From the NCBI GenBank assembly GCA_026705925.1, contig JAPOZT010000011.1, positions 212,857 through 276,856 of the forward strand: a DNA stretch of 64,000 nt, written 5' to 3'. This document shows, piece by piece, positions 58,571-64,000 of this stretch (positions are counted from its first letter, which is position 1; each line of letters begins with the position of its first letter). Source of the DNA: Gemmatimonadota bacterium. GTDB taxonomy: Bacteria > JAAXHH01. The notes beneath the pieces were generated by a model. The model was not told the DNA's origin. It did no database searches and saw only the letters and a list, made by a program, of their open reading frames with translations. The position numbers and the translations under genes are program-made.

Positions 58571-59029
58571 ATGACAGAGGCGCACCCCTTCGTCATAGGG
58601 AAAATGGACCGTTCACACATCCCCCGGGTCCTGGAAATCGAACGGGCGTGCTATCCGGCGCCCTGGTCCGAATCTGCCTTTCACCATGAAATAACGTCAG
58701 GGGCTTCCGTCGCGTTGGTCGCAATGGACGCGGAGTCGGTCGCGGGTTTCCTGGTGGGGTGGATCGCCGCCGACCAGGTGCACGTCGCCAACATTGCCGT
58801 GGCGGCCGGGTATCGGCAGCGAGGTGTCGGAACCGGGATGATGCTGCGGCTTCTCGAGGAGGCGGTCCGACGTGGGTGTACTTCCTCCAGCCTGGAAGTG
58901 CGCGAGTCGAACCTGGCGGGCCGGTCAATGTACAGCCGGTTGGGGTACCACGCGGTAGCCCTGAGAAAGTCCTACTATTCGAATCCCGCCGAGGACGCAG
59001 TGGTTATGGTGAAGGACCTGGAAGCATAA
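58571..59029 (+). CDS. rimI: ribosomal-protein-alanine N-acetyltransferase (GNAT)
   Basis: The 152-aa GNAT protein has the acetyl-CoA motif (RQRGVGTGMM). It shows the conserved tsaB-rimI linkage. Confidence 0.75.
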   Translation: MTEAHPFVIGKMDRSHIPRVLEIERACYPAPWSESAFHHEITSGASVALVAMDAESVAGFLVGWIAADQVHVANIAVAAGYRQRGVGTGMMLRLLEEAVRRGCTSSSLEVRESNLAGRSMYSRLGYHAVALRKSYYSNPAEDAVVMVKDLEA

Positions 59030-59044
59030 GGCTGGGCTTCGGCG

Positions 59045-60274
59045 CTATCGAAAGGCATTGACGCCACCTGTCTCCAGTTTCTCCAGCACTGCAGACGCGG
59101 ATCGTCCGATCTGTTCCGTGGAAGCGTGGTCGCGGAAGACGCGGCTGCCGCCCTCGGCAATCCTGCACAGCAGTTCTCGGTCCCCGTGCAGCCGGCGGAT
59201 GGCGCCGGCGAGCGCTTCCGGGTCTCCGCGCCTGCACAGTATGGCGCTTTCCCCGTCGGCAAGCAGCTCCTTTATGGCTGGTGAGTCCGCCGTGATGACC
59301 GCCTTGCCCGCCGAGAGAGCCACGAACACCTTGCCCGGGATCACGCGGACCGCTTTGTCCGACGTGCCGAAAATCCCGAGACATACGCCCCATCCCTGCA
59401 GGAACCGGTGCAACTGCTCGTAGGGTATCCAGTCCGTGAAGCGTACGTTCTCCAGGTTCAGTCTCCGCGCAGTTGCGTGTATTTCGTCCGTCATCTGGCC
59501 CGACCCGACGAAGTGAAATTCGATATCCGGTACGTCCTTCAGGCGGTTCGCCGCTTCCAGCATGAACGGCAAGCCGTGAAGCGGAATGAACTTGCCGATG
59601 AACAGGACCCTGAAGGGGGCGTCCCCGGGATTCGTGTCCTCCGAGGGCGGGCCTTCAGCGGGCGGGTCAATGGCCAGCGGGTCTACGGCGGCCCTGTCCT
59701 CCGCGCGCGCGTCCAATTCCACGGCGCCGACGAATACCTGGGCAAACCGCTTCCGAGGCAGGTTGAATTCCTGCACGAAGTAGTCTATGTGGGCTTCCGT
59801 GTCGAGCAGCACGAGGTCTGCCTTCGCGCAGGCCTGCCGGTCCAGCCAGCGCAGAAAGCGGCTCATGAGCGTGCCTTCCGCAATGGACCGGCGGTCATCG
59901 ACGAGGGTATCGTAAAGGGAGATCAGCGGACTGAAGACGAGGGGCCGGCGCGGAAACCGGGTGAGCAGCCAGGCCAGCGGCATGTCGAAATGGCCGATGT
60001 ACCCGACCAGCATGACCTCGTAGCGGCCGACCGTGACGACGTATTTAAGCAACAGCCGTAGGCAGGCCAGCTTCAGCTCGACCGCACGAAGGAAGAGCGA
60101 AAACGGACCCAGGTACCGGCCGGTCTTGTCCCGTTCCTTCTCCCAGAGGGGCACATGGCACTCCAGCACCTGCCAGCCCGCCCGCTTCAGGCCTTCGGCG
60201 AGCGTCCGGTTACGGGGATAATCGCGTTCGTAGGTGCCGAAGAAGCAAACGCGGCCGCGCGGGGTGGGGGTCAT
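59045..60274 (-). CDS. glycosyltransferase family 4 (GT-B, group 1)
   Basis: The C-terminal GT1 domain has the E-x7-E context (FGTSDKAVRVIPGKVFVALSAGKAVI). Confidence 0.75.
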   Translation of the reverse strand: MTPTPRGRVCFFGTYERDYPRNRTLAEGLKRAGWQVLECHVPLWEKERDKTGRYLGPFSLFLRAVELKLACLRLLLKYVVTVGRYEVMLVGYIGHFDMPLAWLLTRFPRRPLVFSPLISLYDTLVDDRRSIAEGTLMSRFLRWLDRQACAKADLVLLDTEAHIDYFVQEFNLPRKRFAQVFVGAVELDARAEDRAAVDPLAIDPPAEGPPSEDTNPGDAPFRVLFIGKFIPLHGLPFMLEAANRLKDVPDIEFHFVGSGQMTDEIHATARRLNLENVRFTDWIPYEQLHRFLQGWGVCLGIFGTSDKAVRVIPGKVFVALSAGKAVITADSPAIKELLADGESAILCRRGDPEALAGAIRRLHGDRELLCRIAEGGSRVFRDHASTEQIGRSASAVLEKLETGGVNAFR

Positions 60275-60278
60275 GACC

Positions 60279-61202
60279 TCACCCCAGCCGTTCCCGGACG
60301 GCGTAGTCTTCCGTGCGCCGGGCCTGGTGGGCGATCATTTCGGCGATCAGGCCCATGGAGACCAACTGGATGCCGAGGACCATGAGGAATACGGAGAACA
60401 GCAGCAGGGGACGGGTCCCGATACCGACGCCGGTCAGCCAGAGCCAGGTCAGGTAGAGGGCGATGCCCACGCCGGCGACGAAGGACAACAGGCCGAAAGA
60501 GCCGAACAGGTGGAGCGGCCGCCGGGTGTAGTTCGACACGAAGTACACGGTGAGCAGGTCGAAGAACCCGTGGGTGAACCGTCCAAGGCCGAACTTGCTG
60601 TGGCCGTGCTTCCTGGGATGATGCAGCACCGGCGTCTCCGTCACGCGGAATCCGGCCCAGTGCGCCAGCACCGGCAGATAGCGGTGGAGTTCGCCGTAGA
60701 CGGGAATGGTATCCACGACGGCCCGGCGATAGGCTTTCAGGCCGCAGTTGAAATCGTGCAGCCGCAGGCCGCTGACGATCCCCGTGACCCGATTGAACAG
60801 CTTCGACGGGATGCGCTTGGACAGCGGGTCCTTCCGTGTTTTCTTCCAGCCGGAGACCAGGTCGAAGCCTTCGTCCAGCAGGTCGACCATGGCGGGCACT
60901 TCCGCGGGATCGTCCTGCAGGTCTCCGTCCATGGTCACGACGACTTCGCCGCGACTCTCTTCGAAACCGACGGCCAATGCGGCGGACTTCCCGTAGTTGC
61001 GGCGGAACCGGATGGCCCTCACCCGGTCGTCCTCCTCCCGGAGCCGGTGCAATTCTTCGAAGGACTCATCCCGGCTTCCATCGTCGATAAAGAGCACCTC
61101 GAAGGACTTTCCCGACGCCTCGAGAGCCGCCACGATGCGCGCGTGGAGTTCCCGCAGGCTTTCCGCCTCATTGAACAAGGGGATCACGACAGTTATGTCC
61201 AT
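60279..61202 (-). CDS. glycosyltransferase family 2, polyprenyl-phosphate sugar transferase (GtrB/ArnC/DPM1-like)
   Basis: The N-terminal GT-A domain (VVIPLFNEAES...FIDDGSRD...DGDLQDDP) is followed by two C-terminal TM helices. The start is taken at MDITVVIP. Confidence 0.8.
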   Translation of the reverse strand: MDITVVIPLFNEAESLRELHARIVAALEASGKSFEVLFIDDGSRDESFEELHRLREEDDRVRAIRFRRNYGKSAALAVGFEESRGEVVVTMDGDLQDDPAEVPAMVDLLDEGFDLVSGWKKTRKDPLSKRIPSKLFNRVTGIVSGLRLHDFNCGLKAYRRAVVDTIPVYGELHRYLPVLAHWAGFRVTETPVLHHPRKHGHSKFGLGRFTHGFFDLLTVYFVSNYTRRPLHLFGSFGLLSFVAGVGIALYLTWLWLTGVGIGTRPLLLFSVFLMVLGIQLVSMGLIAEMIAHQARRTEDYAVRERLG

Positions 61203-61236
61203 CTTCTCCTCCCTGTCATCCGTTGTCGCCGGTTCG

Positions 61237-62433
61237 TCACGCAGCATCGGTGCTATCCCCCAAGGTACGCCGGATCACCTGCATCGTCTGCCGGGCCGTG
61301 TTCTCCCAGGTGTAGAGCCTGCTCCTCGCCACGGCATTCCCGGCGAGCCGTTCACGCTTCTCCCGGTCGCTCAGCAGATCAATCAACGCGCGCGCTATGG
61401 ACTCCCGGTCCCCGGGCGGGACCAGCACGCCCGTTTCCCCGTCGACCACGGCGTCCCGGAGCCCGGGCACCCGGGCAGCCACGACCGGCACGCCGCAGGC
61501 ATTGGCCTCGATCACGGTGATGCCCCATCCTTCCTTGCTCGACGGATAGGCCGCCACCTCGGCGCGGGTCAGCAGGCGCAGTTTTTCTTCCTCGGAAACG
61601 AAACCCGTGAAACGCACTGCGTCGTCCAGGCCCGTGGACCGCGTCAATGCCTCGAGCGCGCGCCGCCGGTCGCCCGTGCCCACGATCACCAGGCGCGCAT
61701 CGGGAACCTTCTTGCGGACGATCGCCATGGCCTGGATCAGGTGGTCCACGTTCTTGTACTTCTTGAGGCGGCCGAGGTATATGACCAGTCCGGGTTCCTT
61801 TCGGTCCGGAGCGGCGGGTGCTTCCTTTCGGTCCGGAGCGGCCGGCGCATCCTTCTGTTCCGGAGCGGCCGTTGCGCCCGTGTTCCCGGCGTCCAGAAAC
61901 CGGCTGTCCAACCCGTTGTGCACGACGCTGATCCGGTCCGCCGCGACTCCCATCCTGACGAGTTCGTCGCGGGTGCTTTCGGATACCGCTTCGAAGAGGC
62001 AACGGCGGTACACCAGGGGAATCAACCGTTCCATGAAGTACAGGTAGGTCGCGAGCACCGGATTGATTTCCCGGTAGAACGTGGTCCCGAAAAGATGGTG
62101 CAGCAGGACCATCAACGGGGGGCCGTCCAGAAACCAGGGCATCAGTGCCGGGATCTTGTTGATGTCTTCGATGACGACGTCGAAGGACCGGTGAGCCAGA
62201 TGCCTTCGATAGTACCAGGGCGCGGTCAGGTTGAAGGTCCATTTCCCGCCGTGGCGGATGACGTCGATACCGTCTATCTGCTCGGATTCCGCCGCGCCGG
62301 GAAACCGGCTGCAGAGCAGGGTGACCTCGTTACCCCATGCGGCGATCCGCGAGAAGGTCTCGTGCAGGTGTACTTCGGCGCCGCCCGCTTCCGGGTTGCG
62401 GATATCCCTCCAGTTTATGACCAGAATGCGCAT
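61237..62433 (-). CDS. glycosyltransferase family 4 (group 1) with an inserted Pro/Ala-rich tandem repeat linker
   Basis: It has GT-B N- and C-domains (EGWGITVIEANACGVPVV). The interdomain linker contains APAAPDRKE x2-3, encoded by a 27-nt tandem repeat. Confidence 0.75.
   Translation of the reverse strand: MRILVINWRDIRNPEAGGAEVHLHETFSRIAAWGNEVTLLCSRFPGAAESEQIDGIDVIRHGGKWTFNLTAPWYYRRHLAHRSFDVVIEDINKIPALMPWFLDGPPLMVLLHHLFGTTFYREINPVLATYLYFMERLIPLVYRRCLFEAVSESTRDELVRMGVAADRISVVHNGLDSRFLDAGNTGATAAPEQKDAPAAPDRKEAPAAPDRKEPGLVIYLGRLKKYKNVDHLIQAMAIVRKKVPDARLVIVGTGDRRRALEALTRSTGLDDAVRFTGFVSEEEKLRLLTRAEVAAYPSSKEGWGITVIEANACGVPVVAARVPGLRDAVVDGETGVLVPPGDRESIARALIDLLSDREKRERLAGNAVARSRLYTWENTARQTMQVIRRTLGDSTDAA
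61795..61878. repeat. 27-nt tandem repeat (about 3 copies; TTCCTTTCGGTCCGGAGCGGC(G/C)GG(T/C)GC) inside the GT4 gene
   Basis: Read directly from the sequence. It encodes the APAAPDRKE peptide repeats. Confidence 0.7.
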
Positions 62434-62472
62434 TTGACTGAACCGGCGGGCAGCCCGGCCTCAGACCCGACC

Positions 62473-64000
62473 TCAGGGATCGCTCGCTTCGCTCGCATCG
62501 TCGATTTCTTTGAGATCCTTGATCATGTCCTGTACGACCGTATCCCCCGGAGCGATCCGCTGCCACCTTTCCAGCGTTTCAAGCATGCGGTCCGAATCAT
62601 CCATCTGGAAATAGAGATTTACCAGTTGATCGTATCCCGTGGCGTATTCGGGATGGGCCGAAACGCCCCGTTCCAGCAGTTCGGCGGCCTCGGTCTCGCG
62701 GTCCAGTCTCTGCAGGGACTGGCTCAGGATGGTATATCCGTCGAAGGTACTGTAGTTCCCGGCCAGTTCCGATGCAAGATCCTCGACGCGGGCAAACTCG
62801 CCCTGGTCGGCGTTAAACTGGATAAGCATCAGCCGTTCAAGCGCGCCGTTTGTGATGTCGTACTCCAGGTACTTCTCGATGGTCTCGATGGCCTGGTCCG
62901 GCCGGCCGCGTCTCCACTGGTTCAGTGCCAGTTGATGGAAGGACACGGTGTAGTTACGCAGGAGGGTGCGGATCTGCGGGTCCTTGTACACTTGCGGATC
63001 CGCTATGCCGCGGTACTGGTAGACGTTCCAGAGGTTGTGCTGGATCCGCTCCACGTCTATCAGATCCGGATCGGGATCCGGAAGGACCCGCCAGACCATG
63101 CCTTCCAGTTGCATGTAATCATCCAGGGCCACGTCGTTCTCCGGCGAGACGGTCACGGCGAAGTATACGGGTTTTTCCCAGTTGTTCTGTTCCAGGATAT
63201 GCAGGATCATCAGGTCCTGGACCCTGAGATATCCGATGTCCTCTCCCAGCATGCCGGCCGGGGGCACGGTCCACGTAATGCCCGCGCGGTTCACCTCCCG
63301 TTCCTCCCAGCCCTGGATGTTCAGCAGGTCGATGGTCTCGTCGGCCAGGGCGATGGGCACCTTCGGCTCCATGTGCTTCAGTTGCTTGATGTACCAGTTC
63401 GTGTTGAGCAGGCTGAGATTGATCACCCGCACGTCCTTGCGGAGGCCTTCCACCTCCTGGAGGAACCAGAGCGTGAAGGTGTCGTTGTCGCCGTTCGTGA
63501 AGATGAGACCGTTCTCGTCGCAGGACTGCAGCATGTTGTAGGCGTAGTCGTAGGGTATGTAGTTGCCTTCCCGGGAGTGGGATTCGTAATGATAGGCAAA
63601 GGGGACCAGGGGCAGTGCGGTCATCAGCACGGCGATGCCGGCCGTTCCCTTGTCCACGGGCAGCCGCAGCCGGCCGAGCCAGACGCCGACCTGGGTCAGC
63701 AGTGACCGGAGGCCGATGCCCATTAGTACCGCGGCGAATACGAAGGCGGGGGTGTAGAAGTAGTCCCGGATGCGGACCTCCCGCTGTATGCCCCGCGAAC
63801 CGTCCGAAAAGTTCATGTAGAGGATGAGCCCGACGCTGCAGATCAGTAGCATAGCGCCCAGGAAGACGATACTGCGCCGGTCCCGCTCCGCCTGGGAGAC
63901 GATGCCCAGAGCGACCAGCAGGACGGGGAAGAGCCAGAAGGGAAACGACGGAGCGCTGAACTGACGGGAAAAGAACCGCCAGAACCCCATGTTTTCACCG
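62473..64000 (-). CDS. DUF2723/TMEM260-like membrane protein with a C-terminal TPR-like domain (partial; the 5' end probably lies beyond the window)
   Basis: At least 4 TM helices near the window edge are followed by a large soluble domain and TPR-like helices at the C-terminus. An ATG at 63990 exists, but family members usually have additional N-terminal TM helices. Confidence 0.5.
   Translation of the reverse strand, partial: GENMGFWRFFSRQFSAPSFPFWLFPVLLVALGIVSQAERDRRSIVFLGAMLLICSVGLILYMNFSDGSRGIQREVRIRDYFYTPAFVFAAVLMGIGLRSLLTQVGVWLGRLRLPVDKGTAGIAVLMTALPLVPFAYHYESHSREGNYIPYDYAYNMLQSCDENGLIFTNGDNDTFTLWFLQEVEGLRKDVRVINLSLLNTNWYIKQLKHMEPKVPIALADETIDLLNIQGWEEREVNRAGITWTVPPAGMLGEDIGYLRVQDLMILHILEQNNWEKPVYFAVTVSPENDVALDDYMQLEGMVWRVLPDPDPDLIDVERIQHNLWNVYQYRGIADPQVYKDPQIRTLLRNYTVSFHQLALNQWRRGRPDQAIETIEKYLEYDITNGALERLMLIQFNADQGEFARVEDLASELAGNYSTFDGYTILSQSLQRLDRETEAAELLERGVSAHPEYATGYDQLVNLYFQMDDSDRMLETLERWQRIAPGDTVVQDMIKDLKEIDDASEASDP

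Noticed and set aside
60234-63705. Long plus-strand ORFs (428 and 902 aa) across the glycosyltransferase cluster
   Set aside because: They are antisense to three well-supported glycosyltransferase genes and a DUF2723-like gene. They have no domain signatures and their composition is low-complexity.

Overview
This is a 64 kb high-GC (roughly 65%) bacterial chromosomal segment, mostly housekeeping and envelope genes. These include dnaE, serA, pdxJ, an M16 peptidase pair, murA, metH, a PaoABC-like periplasmic molybdo-aldehyde oxidoreductase, class I fumarase, yggT, tsaB, rimI and a glycosyltransferase cluster. Several genes suggest sugar-acid catabolism: a PQQ dehydrogenase, an enolase-superfamily dehydratase, a gluconolactonase and a sodium:solute symporter. 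Paralog expansions include tandem outer-membrane beta-barrels, tandem FtsX-type ABC permeases and three carbohydrate-binding-module-9 (CBM9)-like/DOMON-like domain copies. The region also carries two toxin-antitoxin pairs, HicAB and a Gp49-like HigB with an XRE antitoxin, and an ogt gene. The outstanding feature is a roughly 4.5 kb low-GC (about 40-45%) island at 26.4-31.05 kb, bracketed by an imperfect 12-bp direct repeat. It encodes a tightly coupled three-gene module. The first gene is a compact UvrD-like SF1 helicase. The second is a 736-aa protein with a roughly 540-aa N-terminal region I could not assign, fused to a C-terminal AlkB-type 2OG/Fe(II) dioxygenase with all catalytic residues present. 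The third is a class-I SAM methyltransferase lacking the (D/N)PP(Y/F) motif of DNA amino-methyltransferases. I interpret this as a candidate undescribed nucleic-acid methylation/oxidative-demethylation conflict or hypermodification system. No rRNA, tRNA or CRISPR arrays were found. Many long antisense ORFs in the track are high-GC shadow frames.
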